NCBI GenBank assembly: GCA_012295275.1
Contig: CM022679.1
Span: 19,096,001 to 19,160,000, forward strand
Direction: 5' to 3'
Origin: Chrysomallon squamiferum
Lineage: Eukaryota > Animalia > Mollusca
Length of the DNA stretch: 64,000 bases
This document shows positions 24,881 through 58,300 of this stretch, piece by piece. Below the pieces are notes generated by a model, which ran no database searches, was not told where the DNA came from, and was given only the letters and a program-made list of their open reading frames with translations. Every line of letters starts with the position of its first letter. The first letter of the stretch is position 1. A program made the translations under genes and the position numbers.

Positions 24881-27405
24881 CCTTCTCCATACCAGTTAGT
24901 GCGAAATTTGACGAGATGTGCTCTTTCATATAAATCAGAAAAAGGTCATGAAACGTGTAATAGCAGTCAGTGCAAATGGGATTCTGACGTCCCAAGCCAA
25001 TTTGGGTTAATTTGCGTCCACTTGGGTCAATAAGCAGTACTTTGTCATCCAGCGATGATACATTACTGCAGCCAGGCTTCACGACATCGCCATCACAACA
25101 GCATACAACAGCTCTATTATGATGATGTCCCTCGGGCTTTCAATTATTTTCGATAGTGTAGACAATAACCCGAACTGTTTCTCTTCTTGGATTTGTCTCG
25201 AAGAACTTAGCATTAGAATAACAAAGGCCTGTAATACATAGCTAAAATTGGTTTTCATACTGGTCAGTAATTACGAACTTTATTTTTAAAGAACAAGTCA
25301 GAGCTGCCTTCTAAATCATTAGAAATATCACAGTAATTATTGCGTACGAGCATTCCTTCTTTCATTTTGACAAAAAAAATAATCTGAAAATAAACTTAAA
25401 TATTGAAATATCTATCAATCACAAGCAAACTTTTGAAATTCTAACTGATTCTACAACTCATCAAATTGTACTCGAAAATAAAATAACAGAAATACCTGTG
25501 TGAAAACTATCTTCAAGACAAATCAAGGACATTGTCTATAAACTATGTCTGAATCAACCTATAGAATTTGTCTAAACAGTGACACTTATATACACAAACC
25601 AATGATACGTCAAAAAGCCTTTGACTTCAACCTACGTAAACCTGTGATATTAATCTACGCAAGCCTATGACAAAAAGCACAAAAACCTATTACACTAACA
25701 TTTTTGCACAGATTATTGGAAAAACGTGAAAATATCTTTCGTTGCCATCGGCAGCAATAACTTGAAGATCATTATTTTTACGATAACATATTAGACTTTT
25801 AAAACTACTTCGCGAAAGAGCATTTTAGTGAAGGAAGTGTAACATAAAGAAGTTCCAGTTTGTCAGTATGTATTGTGAAGCCTACAGAGTTATTTTGCTT
25901 CATGTCATTTAATATTCATTACTCTGTGCCCAGATAACAGGAATATGTATTTGTTTAACCAGTTTTTTAATAACAGTAAAACAACGAGAAAAATCAATGA
26001 ATAAATCACAAAGATTTTTAAATCATAGTTCAGTTATCTTTACTGTACTGATTATTATTTTGATATTATTATCGTTTTACAGTTATTTCATCATTAGTCT
26101 TGTCTCTGCAGTTGGTTATATTGGTTTGGTTTTTCAGGTGGTTTTAACAAAATTATTTTCAGTTCCAGCAGTCTCCTGGCATATCCTATAGATTACCATA
26201 AAGATTATGTGGCTATTTTTGGATTATCATCGTTTATCTGTTTTTATTCGCTGAAAAAGAACTAACAGTATATCGTCATCACATCTTTATGTTTCTGTTT
26301 ACAATTAACAACATTTTCAGATAATGATTTTTCTATATGTTACAGGTTCTTTGTTTCTCAGACGATATATTTCCTGTGTAGCCATAAATGAAGCGAGAGT
26401 GATATTAAAGATAGAGACATCCTTATCTCGTTGTTTTATGTTATGTTTATATCCCATCCACGAAAGCACATTTCAGATATAATATTATGTCAAACACTCT
26501 AGAAAGATCTGAAAGAGGAGTCAGCGCGATGAACTGATTTATTTATTACAAAATATTTATTCATGAGTTCCTAAAAAAAAGAAGACAAGAACTGTTTTTC
26601 ATTTGCAACTCTGAAAGTATTCTACATCCCTTTCTTTGTACTTTGAATTGGTATAAACTTGTAAGTATTTATTTCGTATTAATTAAAAGAAGGAAAAAAG
26701 AAAAAGGTTTTACATAGTGATGATAATTAGTATTGATTATTCCTCTTCCATTAACATAAATGTGAATTAAAATAATAATTAATCAGAAAATGCAGATTCT
26801 TTATCTATTCAGTGTGATGTGGGGTAATAGAGACGTACAATTTCATACACTTCTTCTATTTTGCGGTTCAAGACATAAAATTAATACTTGCTGAGAATTT
26901 AATCGAAAGCTATATGTTTTTAAAGATGTTTTCATTTGAAATTCTGTACAGAACGATTCATCTCTTTGTCATGCAGAAAAAAGCTACTTGACAGAATGGA
27001 AGCTGCATGCTGCCTCCATTTATTTCGGTTTCATGACTGAGAAGACAAAGGAAAACATCTAAACAGAAATAATGTATAATGAGTTACATAACCTGTTGTT
27101 ATTCTCTGAAATTGTCAGTTTTGTACTGGTGCTGAATAACATTAAAGATCAAATATACATTTGCTCCAAAGTAGTCACTATTACTTAAAATTGAGGTTGA
27201 TTAACTATTATAACTAATAACAATTTCCAAATGCGTCGTATTTTACACATTTTCTTTGTTATTTTGTAATTAATTCTCATATAGTTCTGTTAGCTGTAAT
27301 TTAAAAGTAAAATAATCCTTTATGGTCCTAAGTTTAAGTTGCAACAGTTACATTCAAATCGTGATCGTCTTGTTCGTTCTTTCTTTGTTTTTGTTTCGCT
27401 TAATT

Positions 27406-27442
<37 letters not shown>

Positions 27443-28513
27443 CATCATCATCATCATCATCGTTATCATCATCATTTTAAGCTTTTATATTTTGCAGAGA
27501 TTATATCCTTTTCAATAATATTATATTGAAAGAAAAACAAAATCTAATCAAGTAAAGAACTGAGAAATCGCCGCCTCTTTCGTCGTAATGCATAGCTTGG
27601 CGAAAAGTAAGTCTGCTCAAGTATAAATGATATTTACTATAAACAGTGTAGTGGAATATATCAAAGATCAAAACTGATTTCATTAATATGTATGAAACGG
27701 ATGAAAACTAGTACAGATAATTTGTACAAGCAATTTCAAAAATACGAAAGGTCAGTTAAAACGGATTAATCGACTGTGAAAAGTTTCAAAACAAAATCAG
27801 TTATATTTTAATAGCCGCAACATTACAAACTAAAATCTACAATATCAAAAGGAAAGCCTTTCATGATAACGATAGAAAATTCGTAGTAATGAAATTGAAA
27901 AAAAGGTTGAATAGATCACTTATCCGCTTGTCAGCATTAAGAGAATTGCACAAGAAAATTGTTCCAATTGCAGCGATCGATTGGCTTGAAGATTTGGCAA
28001 ATCTTCGAACTGAATGTCTTCATTTCAAAGAAAGCAGCACTCCCCTTAGCTGCAAACATGACACTACAGCCTTCAAAGTAAAATTGCCTTTCACACTCTT
28101 TTTCATTAGCATGGCAGTCTGCCCCGTTCAAGGTAGTCTCCTTAAGTAACTCTGTCAGAATATATCAAAGGTATAATGACGTTTCTTTCACAGAATCACG
28201 ATTACTTTTTTTTACTTGCACACGATTAATTTGGAATCTTTATAGATCATGACTTCCAATGACAGTGTGCAAATAAAAACGATTATTTAACCGAATAAAA
28301 TAATAACCATTTCTATCTGACTTTAGGCTACTGAAGTATAGTGGGAATTAGGGAAAGAAGAAAACATTTAAGGGTAAACACCGAGTTTTTATAAATATTT
28401 CTGTTGGACATATTCACATCATATTTTGTTATGAAGCCTATTTTTGCACTATTTTCGACATTAGAAAAAAATGTTTATATTTTCGCAGCAAACTTTTGTT
28501 TTGTTCATATCAG

Positions 28514-28592
28514 TTCGAAATTTGTTGCTGTCGTAGTAGACGATCTCATTATATAAATGAGATCGTCTACTACAACAGCAATAAATTTCGAA
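28514..28592. repeat. Near-perfect inverted repeat, 37-bp arms, 5-nt loop
   Basis: 28514-28550 matches the reverse complement of 28556-28592 at 35 of 37 positions. Confidence 0.93.
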
Positions 28593-31500
28593 TTTTTTCA
28601 TTTTAGATTTGCATATTAAAGGATTTCCATTATAAATAAATTTTCTTTTTTATTCTTCTTTATACTACATATAAGTAATTAAAACTGAAAATACGGTATA
28701 AGAAATATACTGAAGGTTTTTTATATATATATATATATAAACCCAAAAAAATTAATCAGCTATCTGGACGGCATTAAGAATGACTTAAAACCAAAAACAG
28801 ATAGGTATTACGTCACCATCATTTATTATTTTACCCCTGTACAAAAGCATAGATCTTCTGAAAGACTCCAGTATTTTCGTCGCTTTCGCTAAATTAGATG
28901 TCTTTTCGGATACACCAAAGCGTCTCATATCATCAGTAAGATAAACGACGACAAATGAATTTGAGTTTATTGAATTTGTTCAAGGTCCTTGGCATATCCA
29001 AACAACCAATATTTCTTTTCGCCTAAGCTTAGTGGCGCTACATGTAACGATTCTACAGTCACTACATTCTACACGCGTTATGTTAATTATGTTTCTGTTG
29101 CACACAGACGAGTACCAAATAACCCGGATTGCCTCATTAACCAATAATGTTTCTAATAAATGGTTGTCATCGCACCACGGAAGCAGATTTTAAAAGTTGA
29201 ATCAGGTAATACTAAATCATCCTGTGCTTGAATGAGCGGTTTCATTTCAAAGGTTCCTGGTAACTAATAAACTAAAGAACAAATTTTTAACATCCGAAAT
29301 AGTTCGAGCTGAAGTGTGAAAAAGAATATATTCCATGGTAATGACTGAATCAGTTAGATTCATTTTCTAATTTTAATTCAAGCGATTAAATTGATAACTG
29401 TATATTTATAAATAGTAAATTTATATTTCATTTCACTTAATGTGGAATTAAGGAACGACCTTACAAGTTCGGGGTGGGTTTTTTTTTTTGGGGGGGGTGA
29501 GTATGTTTTTGTTATCTCTAAATGACTGGTTAGCTGACGAGTTAGTTGTCAAACTGATAAAAGTTTGCTTGTTCTTTCACATTTTCATTTTTGTAGATAC
29601 GTGTCGTTTATAAATGTGCAAAGAAACATTAAATGCCACATAGATTTTGAAACAGAAACAATATTATTTCAGTCATTATTTCTTTTATGTTAAATTTGCA
29701 TATCTGAAGAATACAAATAAATAATAATGATTTATATATAATTAATATGGTGAAGATGATGATGCTGATTATTATTATTATTAGTATTAGTATTAGTATT
29801 GTTGTTGTTGTTGTTGTTAAAATTGCTAGTAATAGTATATTATTAGTGATAGTAGTAATAATATTATCATCATATTCCAAATTTTATTGACTTCAGTTTC
29901 CAAGTGATCTAAAGTTTCTATCAGTTGTAAACCGGACAGACATTATTTTTCCCGATAGGATTCAAACTTACCAAGCACTTTTCAGGAATCGATTCCTTCA
30001 GGGAATGGCTGCGTGAATTTCACGAAAATTATAAGAACTCAGTGTAAAATTTCTAATGGACAACGTCCAACATATTCATTCAACGAGTGGTGGTCATATC
30101 AGAAACTCATTAACTTAATCAAGATGCCTTTCCTGGTTTTCCAATTCCTTTCACTTTCTGCTTGCAATATTTTGGCAAAGATATTAATCTAATAGTGTGA
30201 TTTGGCTACTGGCGCTGTCAAATTCCGTCATAACAGACAAATTAATGGACAAGTGTGAAGGGCCAGTCAATTTCTGTTTTATTTATCATCATCGGATGCA
30301 GATATGCCTTCTGGTTGTGATATTATATTGGCTAACTGAATAGCACCTGGCAAATTCGGACTTAATTCTGAGTTATGTTAGAGCTTTTGTAAACAGAATT
30401 ACTATGTTATGTCAGCAATATTTAGAACTGCCAGGGCAGGAATTATTCAGCTGATGTGTTTGCTTTCTGGATTTCTTATTTTGTGCTATAAAATCCATTT
30501 CTTCTAAACTCAATTTTCTAGCGCTGGAAACTAAACAGAAAAAAGTTAGACATATTCATAGATCTGTGTATATATACATATGAACTTACGTCTGAACATA
30601 TCTACGTAAAAATGTAGACATATGTACTCACATACATATGTACACTTAGACACCATGTACATTTATACATACATTACATGCACATACATATATAAATTCA
30701 TACACACATACATACATACATACATACATACATACATACTTGTATCTCACCACTGACTGAACTAATGCGAGCAAGAACGTATATTATAAAACTGTTATCG
30801 CCTCGTTTCTCGTTGGTCTTTCTTTGATAATATATTTTGACTGATTTACTTTTCAGTTGAGTATATTATTTGGAACTAATAACTAATTACAATAATGTTG
30901 GGAATAAAATACTGATATACTATTGCAATAATTGATGCTGATATCGGGATATCTGTATTTGCCAGATTTCTGGATACAGGCTAAATCTTTCTTTAAAATA
31001 TAAAATAAACAATGAAAAATAAAGGATGAATCTGTATTTAACAGACACAAATATATATAGTTCTAAGCAAGGTCTGTTTGATCTTTATCAATTCACTTAA
31101 AATTGTTAATACACCTGAATAAAATACGATTTTCACTAGCAATTAGCGTTTCTACTAGTCTTTCAGACCTGATAATAAATGAAAATGAGAGAAACTGAAA
31201 CTAATAATAATAATGTATTGTGTCAGAATCCCCTCTGTACATCAACATTACTTATTAAATTGGCGTGACAAAAACAACAAAAAACTCCCCCAAAAAACGT
31301 TTTTCTGGATTTTCCCGATTTCTGGAAGCCGGATGAATGGCTCGGTACTTGTATTACTTGACTGTCATCACTTATTACCACAGTGATGAAATACCAAGCA
31401 AAAAAATAATAACATAGAAGTATATAGAATATTTTTAGTCTACTCATTCAGACCACAACACTCACCCCTTTAAGGGATATTACTTATCTGATCTTACGGT

Positions 31501-33127
31501 ATTCTAAAAGAATGAAACTGATATTAGTAATAGTAATCATCTTATGGTAGTATCTAATAGGAAAGACGTTACAGGAAGCAAATGTACATTAGCAAATATC
31601 TGTCTAATTAGCTTCTATTTGTAAACTGTATTAAGTGTTTTCTCTTGTGCTTTTTCAAATTTGAAAAGAATTTGATCATTCTCAACTCTTTGAACACCAA
31701 AAATACTTCATGTTCAGAACAATCTTTGTTTCAAACAGGTGACATGAATTTGTCCATTTCATGGATATATATTAAAAAAGTGAACTTATACAAAGTAGAA
31801 TTAAGATAAAATAAAACAAATAAAATATTTTATAAAAGACAAAATTTTGTATATCTATTATAAAAATTCAAGAAAAAACTGAAATAAAGACACCATTTTT
31901 AAAATTAATTTTTCTAAATTTTCTTTCATGAATGCAAGGTATAGATAATAAAATGAAAAATAACGCAGAAAAAAAATTGCCGTGCTCAATAAAGCAAGTA
32001 AATATGTGTTGTGTTAGCACCAGTGTGAGCTGTAGAATTCCATTCGGCTTGATTTAAAATGCATATAACTAATTTTGCTCAGGACAACGTCAATAATGAT
32101 GAATGCGTATGGAGTGATCGGTGAATTAAACATGTGTGTTTATGTGCAGTGATTTCAGCAGCTATCTCATTCCCTTGATACTTTACAGCTTTATAGCTTC
32201 TCTGATGTTAATATTACTTCCTGTTTTTTGTTCTTGTCTTTTTGTGTGTGTTTTTTTTTCTTTTTTTCCGGTTTTATTGGCGTATCTTGATGTTAATTCA
32301 AAGCTCGTTTTTGGTTGAATTTCATCAAAGTGTTGAAGTCAATATCATTTATTTTTTATAATAATAATAAATCAGTTTTACTTAATCAAAACAAAAGCAC
32401 AACGAGTAACATAAGTTCAGATTAAGGTACAAGAATATATTAATTTCAGTGTGCTTTTAGTTGGTGTTGCTGCTACTACAATAGCAACAACAGCAACAAC
32501 AATACTACATAATTACTGCTAATATCACCACCAATGATTATTAAACACCTACAAGTTTTATTAATTATTGCAATTAGTGCAATTACTAATTTTGATATTA
32601 TATAAATTATACTGCATACAAGTAATAAAACAGTAGTGGAGCAGTAGTTGTTATTGTTGATGCTATTGCATTAGATGTAATAATAGTAGTAGTTCTAACC
32701 CCTGCATCTTCATCAATATAAAAATAAAAAGATTAAAATTCAGAAGAATATAAATATATGTTCTACATAACAAGATGTGTGCTTTCATCAATAGGTTTTC
32801 ATCTTAATATGTTGCTCTATTTTTATTCTTAACGAACTAAACTGATTGCAAATTCTAAAATTTTGTAATCGGTCAACTCTGTATTTTTATGTGGCTTGCC
32901 CGATACAGAATTTGATAATAACCTGACTTGAGTAGATGATGTCAATCCAGAAGCAAATGTGCACTATTAGGAGACTCATTTTTGTAGTCTTTAAAGACAG
33001 TAAATGTGTTTATCATATTAAAATATATCTGGCTGACATGATGGTTTAGTTTATTAGATTAGAAGGCTATAGATATAGGTTATACTGCATGTTCAGTTTT
33101 GCAAATATATCTTACTGAAGAAATAAC

Positions 33128-33164
<37 letters not shown>

Positions 33165-33582
33165 TTTATAAGATGATACATTTTTCTTTACATTTCGATT
33201 AAGAAGTTTTATCTATTACAGTAAAGTACTTTGAGGATTTTGTCATTTCTCTTAGGTACAGGGATTGTGTTTTGAGGATAACAATGAAAAGAAGAATTAA
33301 AAACATTAATTAAGCAACAACTAAAGTATGACATTTGAAACAAAAAAGGTCCAAAATGCTTTAAATTAACATCCTGCAGTCAGTGACGTCTCTCGTAATT
33401 CTAAACCTGACCGCTCTTAACACAAACAATTTGAGTTATTTCTGTAACAGTTTGATCATCGTCTGCTTCGGGTTTGAATTGACGTCAGTCGAAACTGAAA
33501 TACTCGACACCTCACATTTATATATTTATTTATGTATTTGTCTGAACAAGTAATTTTCGCCATTCCACCATAATCTGTGGCA

Positions 33583-33584
<2 letters not shown>

Positions 33585-33659
<75 letters not shown>

Positions 33660-33666
33660 CACAGAA

Positions 33667-33701
<35 letters not shown>

Positions 33702-33705
33702 TTTT
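33585..33705. repeat. Two (CT)n tracts followed by poly-T
   Basis: Direct reading. Confidence 0.95.
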
Positions 33706-34807
33706 AAATAAATTACACCAACGACGTCACAACTAAAAAAAAAAAAAAAATTAAAAACAATAATAAATTCAATCTTTCTTTTTTCCTTTTTTTTTCAAAT
33801 ATTAATTTTATTCAAATACATTTTAACACTGACAGATGTATTAGATGTGTTTATTAAAATACATTCCGGATTCATTTAATATTTATGTTTTGAACTTATT
33901 ATAAAGATTCAGCCACAGACGTCAATTTACAAAAACATCTAAATAAAGTATTCGCCACTAAACGTATATAAACTTCTAAATATGTACCTGAAACCATGTT
34001 CCCGTTTGTATTTGCAGTTCTGTGAGCAGTGAAAGAAAACTCGAGACCAGAATCAACAACGTCAAAACAGCACTAATTAAATGTAACACAGTCATAACTA
34101 AAGCAACGATCTATTGTCCGCACTTTGAATAATCGTAGTTAATCCAGTTAAAAGGTCTTAATTTCAGATGATAATTTACAGTTTTAAAAAATGTGCAAAT
34201 AAAAAAGTAAATAAAATATAACTGATATATATTATAACTATATCGATATTACTTTTAATTATTCATTTATTATTATAAACGGGTTTGATTTCCAAGAAGA
34301 TGCTACACATTTTAAACAGTGCATTGAAAACCTTTTTTTTTTTTTTGTTAAATTAACTGGTTATTAAATATTAATAGTTTGGTGAAAAAAAAATGAAATT
34401 TACAGCCGAATAATATACTTTTTTCTGTATTCATTATATATTTTGTTTCTTTCTTTCTTTATTTCTTTAATTTAGTCCTGTGTGATATTTATTTATTTAC
34501 TGACGTTATAGCAAAAAATAATAATCTGGAATAACATTTCCACAAGTGTTTGTCATATTTCACAATTCAGTCTTATTTTATTACCTCCTAAATATATCCA
34601 CACTGAAGATGCATGTGTAGAAAACGAAATGTGAAGACTGTGCTTCAGTCTGCGACATTCAAGGCTTCCCACAACCAAGACGTCACCAAGCTGCTGAATG
34701 TTGATTAATGTAGTAAACTCATCACAGAAGAGCTTGTCAAGCCAAGAACGAACACAAAAACCGTCAGGCGGAATAATCAAGTGTGAAATGATGGCATCAC
34801 TGATTAG

Positions 34808-52979
<18,172 letters not shown>

Positions 52980-55328
52980 TGTCAGTACAAAATACTGGCA
53001 AAATTTTATGTGTTTCTCTTCATGAAATCAATATTCCTTCCAAAGTTTTAAATCCGTTACATCCCTCAGACGATAAATTCATTTATCTCCGTTGTAACCG
53101 AAAAATATGTGAAATATATTCTCTCTCTCGTACTCCTAATTTATTTTTTCTTGGAAATGTTAAATCTGTTTCAAATATCCGTAGGCATTATAAAACAAGT
53201 ATTTAATTGATATTTAGATAACTATATTTTGAAACGTAAAATTGTTCTGATCCATAAAATTAATGTATTTGAAAGATGCATGGTTAAACAAGAAGATGTC
53301 ACTGACCACAAGATCCTTTCACCTACTGGTGTTTCACTTTTAACAATGTCATATTAGTGTTTGGTGACGCAGCATCAAACACAGACACTCATTAGACGTA
53401 CTAAAATCTCATTAACAGAATTTGGCGAGACATACCGACTAAAAGTGAAAAAAAAACGATCAATATTTAAGCCTGTAATATCAGCGCTGTACGTTGTCAA
53501 AACTACTGGCTGAAGTCCGCGAACTCCAAAACTCTTTGTCACTTTCGCATGTTATACACATATTTAACACTTATTAATTGGATATAACCATGAATGATGG
53601 AATCCTTTTGTTTATCTCACATCTTACTATAAAATGCCTATTACAATCTTGTTACTTATAAATAATATACAAACTGCTAACGAATATTCCGAAATGTTTA
53701 CTTTCGAACAAATAACAATTACCGTTAGTTATCGGAGAATTGGCGAAAGCGGTGACTAGCCTAACTGTATGACGCGAAGTCATTGGTTTTCTGGAAGCTG
53801 GTCTTGGAAGGATTACACGTCTGGTTAATGAAGATAACCTATCGCAGACTCGGGAAAACGCTGAGTCTTCTTGCCTGCATACGATCTCACGCCTTTGTTC
53901 CAGAGTTTAGTCTTCAGTGTGGACAGACGCCAGCCTGCGGGCATAAACTCAACTTTTAATTCAATTAATAATAGTTTTTGGGGTTTTTTTTTCATTCGTT
54001 TTTCTTTCCGATATCGATTCAGTGAGCGTTGGTTACAGAATACAGTGATTTATTTAAATCATATTTGCAAACGAACTCTAACTTACCTTTTGAAGGAGAT
54101 AAATCAAAGGCCAGTCACAACTGTTTAGAACCTCTAACCTATATACTTTTAGAATTTATTTGAAAGAAACATTTCTGCATGTCAGTCAAACCGTGCGTAT
54201 TTTTTGACGAAAATTAAACATTTATAATTCAGCTGTTTATTTATTGTTTGTTTATATTATTTTTTTTTTTTTTTTTTTATTCGTCTCTTTTTGTTTCTTT
54301 AGCTAGATACTTAGGTAATTTTCTATTTTTTTCATTACTCTATAGTAACTTATAAATTATCAAACACAGTGAAATTCAAGTAAACACCGATTGTATCCAG
54401 TGTTGTATAAAAAATTAAGATAATTATATTTCTTGTGTTAAACTTAATTATTATTTCTCTTTATAACAAATGTTAATTTCATTCAGTTACATCGTTGTGG
54501 TACATGTCCTTTAGATTCTACTGATGGTATTAGATATGATGGTCAAACTATGGTTCGTTAATGGTATATTCATTATTTTCATTTAATTCTGAAGCTGATT
54601 CTCAGAACAATTTCTGAATGGTTGACAGGATGATATAAACAACAGTTCAGACAAATGAATCATCTGTCAGATGAAATTCGATAGACTGGCAGTCCTCCCA
54701 CTATCTTTTCAATATCGCTAATGCACGATTGCTGCGTTTGTTCAAGAGGAAAATATATTTTCTAAACTTAACCTTTTAATTTAGATGTTTGGTATAATTA
54801 AGGATTAATGATATATTAGGAAGAGAATACTGAACAATAAGACAGGCAGGAAACCATATCTTGAGAATTTATGTATAAATAGATAAATGGTGACCTATTT
54901 AAAAACACATCAAGATCTATCAACTAAGATATTATTACCAAAAAAAAGAAAGAAGGAATAACGAATAACGTGTAGCAGAATTCTGACAAAAATGAAAACG
55001 TCGACAATTTTATTTCAACAATACGATTCCAGATCTTGATAGATGAGAAACAGGATGTGCCAGCAGCTGGAGAACTCCATGTTTATATATTATTCATAGC
55101 CGTTATAAAGCGGTGAATAAACAGTATTATCTGTATATGTGTATGAATATAATGTATGTCTGTTACATTCACCTCTGTTTTTGAGGGAGAACCCGCAATT
55201 AAGGAAAGATCGCTTTACCGATAATAAAAACATCCATTACTAAAGCCCACCATACTTTTTTGTCAAGTAATATATCGGTGTTAATGGTATGATCTGTTCT
55301 GTTTTCGGAAGGTGAATAATTAACGTTT

Positions 55329-55376
<48 letters not shown>

Positions 55377-58300
55377 TATTACATTCTTTCAGTTCATTTA
55401 TTTTCGCGAGTGTCTTTGGTTGTGAATGAATTAATAAGTCAGTGGTGTTATATGTTTGTCATTCAGCACGCATTTCTTTAATCAGTATGGTCACAACAAT
55501 ACAGAGTTATTTGTATGTCCATACGCTGGTTTCTGCTATATTCATTTTGTCTGCACCGGCACAGTTGGCTTTAGAAAATAGTTTTTGAATCCTATTTAGA
55601 ACTTAACTTTCCTCAGCTGCCACATTGTTAACAACACAAAGTCATGGTTTGTACCAATAGTTACCGTATTGAAGAAAATGAAATAACATAGGTTTTTTGG
55701 CTGAAACTAGAATATTTTTTGGCTAAAATGCTCAAAGCAGTTAATGAAAAAGATTCAGATTTTTATATACCTTATAACAATTTTATACTTTAACCTAACT
55801 CATTTCTGTGTTGTAATTGTCTAAGTGTTTGTGTGCAAAAAGTGAAAACGCGCAATGTGTTGCGAGTGTAAGTTGTTTGATAGTAGTGTGGTGTACACTT
55901 ACAGTTCACTTTGTCCTTGGCAAAATTTGCTAAATCGCCAATGAGTTCTGTACAAGAATACAGTCTGGCAAATGTTTTTTTTTATTATTTTTATTTTTTA
56001 TTTTATTATTTTTATTTATTTTTTATTATTATTATTTTATTATTATTATTATTATTAATTAACAATAAATATAGCACTGACAGTGAGATATCCTTTTTAC
56101 AGTTCACCCAAATAATTGATTTATATACATCAAATGTTTCATTTCGCTTCATAAATATTATTAAATTAGATATGTATAGATTAAAATGCTAACATATTTC
56201 AATACTAAATAGAGAGTATTTTTCGGTATATATAAAGTGACAAGTATGAATGTCACATAAAGCCATACAGATTATATTATCAAAATCTGAGGAGGAAACG
56301 TAGAAGATAACGATTATATTTCTGATAATGATGATGACAGATACGGAAATAACACTAGTTTATATTTTTACTGCCTGTAAATAGTGTTGATAATATATGT
56401 ATATATATGTTGTTGTTGTTGTTGTGCAGTTCGTTGTCGGATCCTTCATCCTTCCTGGTGTTATTGATACAGATGTAGTTGTTGTTCTTGTAATAACAAC
56501 AGCAGTAACTGTAGTAATTTTTATTGTTTCTGTTGCTATTTCTGATGAAAAAAAAAAATGTTTTGTCGTTAATTATTCGTTAATATCGATTTTAAATATT
56601 ATATGTTACCTGGATGATATTACATTCAAATACCAATTAAACAGTTTATTGGAACAAAAAACGACAAAAAAAAGCGGAAGATTGAAGGGTTATAACTCTT
56701 GTTAGATTAAGATTTTCGTGATTATCGAACTTCGCTATCATTACATAATTTAAGGAAATATGTAGAACAGTTATCAGCAGTCTGAAGGGCATGACTAATT
56801 TTACAATAATCATTTATAGTAGTTTGGTTCAGAACTGAGAATTTATATTATCAAAGCGATATCAAATGATAAATTTATTTTACACTTAACTAAAAGACAT
56901 TGCATCTGCTGACTGATTGCAATACATTTGAAATGATCAGTTAGAGACAGGCATACAGTTCAATAAATAATTATTTGAAAAACAAAAAAAAAGAGAATGG
57001 TTTAAAATCTTTTTTACTGAGCACTATAATAATTAGTAGAAATGTATTTTAATTATTTTATTTTAGTATAATTTGTGTATATGTATCCCTTTTGAGCGTT
57101 TTTTTTTTGTTGTTCTAATTGATATGTTTGTCTTTAACACAGACATTTGCATTAGTTTTTATTTTTGTATATATATATATACATACAATCCATAATATCC
57201 GCTGAGTTTACTGTAGCAACAAAAATAAATTACGTAGTCTAGGTTTGAGTATATTTTAACCCGTTAGCTATATTAATTAATAATCTCGTTTTATGAATAT
57301 GCTAATGAACCAAACATCTCATGAAAAATAATATATAAGTGTGTAAATTATAAACTTGTTATTGAATTACATCGTGTTAATTATTTATCAGTAACAGTTA
57401 CTGTCAACAATGAATGATATTGAAGATGCTTAACAATACAGACCAAAGGAAGGTGTCTAAGAACATTTTTAATTATATTTTAAATAATATTGCTAAATAA
57501 TATAATTAACCATTCTCAGATTTAGTATTAATTGTTTTCATTATGTTAGTTTCGGTTTGTTTGAGAAATGTATTCAGCGAATGATCAAAACGTAGACATA
57601 ACAAGTGGTTCTTTTGATCAATTTAACTTAAAAGTAATTGCATTGTGCCTAAAGGAAAGAATCAAATAAATATTTAAAATTTTGAGATAAAAAATCATTT
57701 TATCTTTTTTATTTTATTTTATTTTATTATTATTATTTTTTTTTTTTTTTTTTGTCTCTTCGTCTATAATTTCAGTCTCAGTATTAAATATTTACACGGA
57801 TCAAACACTATGGTATTATTTTCAAAAAGATGTTTGTTTGTTTCCATCAATCTTTGTTGCAGTTGTTTTGATGTTTCACGTTCTGTGATTCACCGAAGTC
57901 TCTGCTTTCTCGTGTATGGCTTCACTAATTAGTAACTCGATACTAACTTATTAAGACAATCTAGACATAATTATAATCAAATAATGAAAATCAAGAATTT
58001 CTTATCAACATTTTCCTTTGAAATAACTGGAATGAATTACTACTGTTTATTGTCATGTAATGTTACCACTGATAATATTTCGTAGTTTAGAAGTTATAGC
58101 TCTATCTGCATACAGCTGGAGAAAAATTGCAGCTTAATGCTATTACAAAAAGAGTAAATCATAAAATAAAAATTCACTAAAGATGTATATATATAAAATC
58201 AAAGAAACAAAATTTACATGTCAAAAGCAAAGACAGAAAATATGTCAAATACAAGGAAACAAAATGTATATATAAATGCAATCAGAAAATTTATATGCTG

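Noticed and set aside
24867-25210. GC-richer block with a 71-aa minus-strand ORF
   Set aside because: No recognisable homology or paired splice sites; may be regulatory or decayed repeat DNA.
29960-30040. Strong minus-strand donor (TTG|GTAAGT) suggesting an exon
   Set aside because: Stop codons lie shortly upstream in the frames I read; a non-coding exon cannot be shown from sequence alone.
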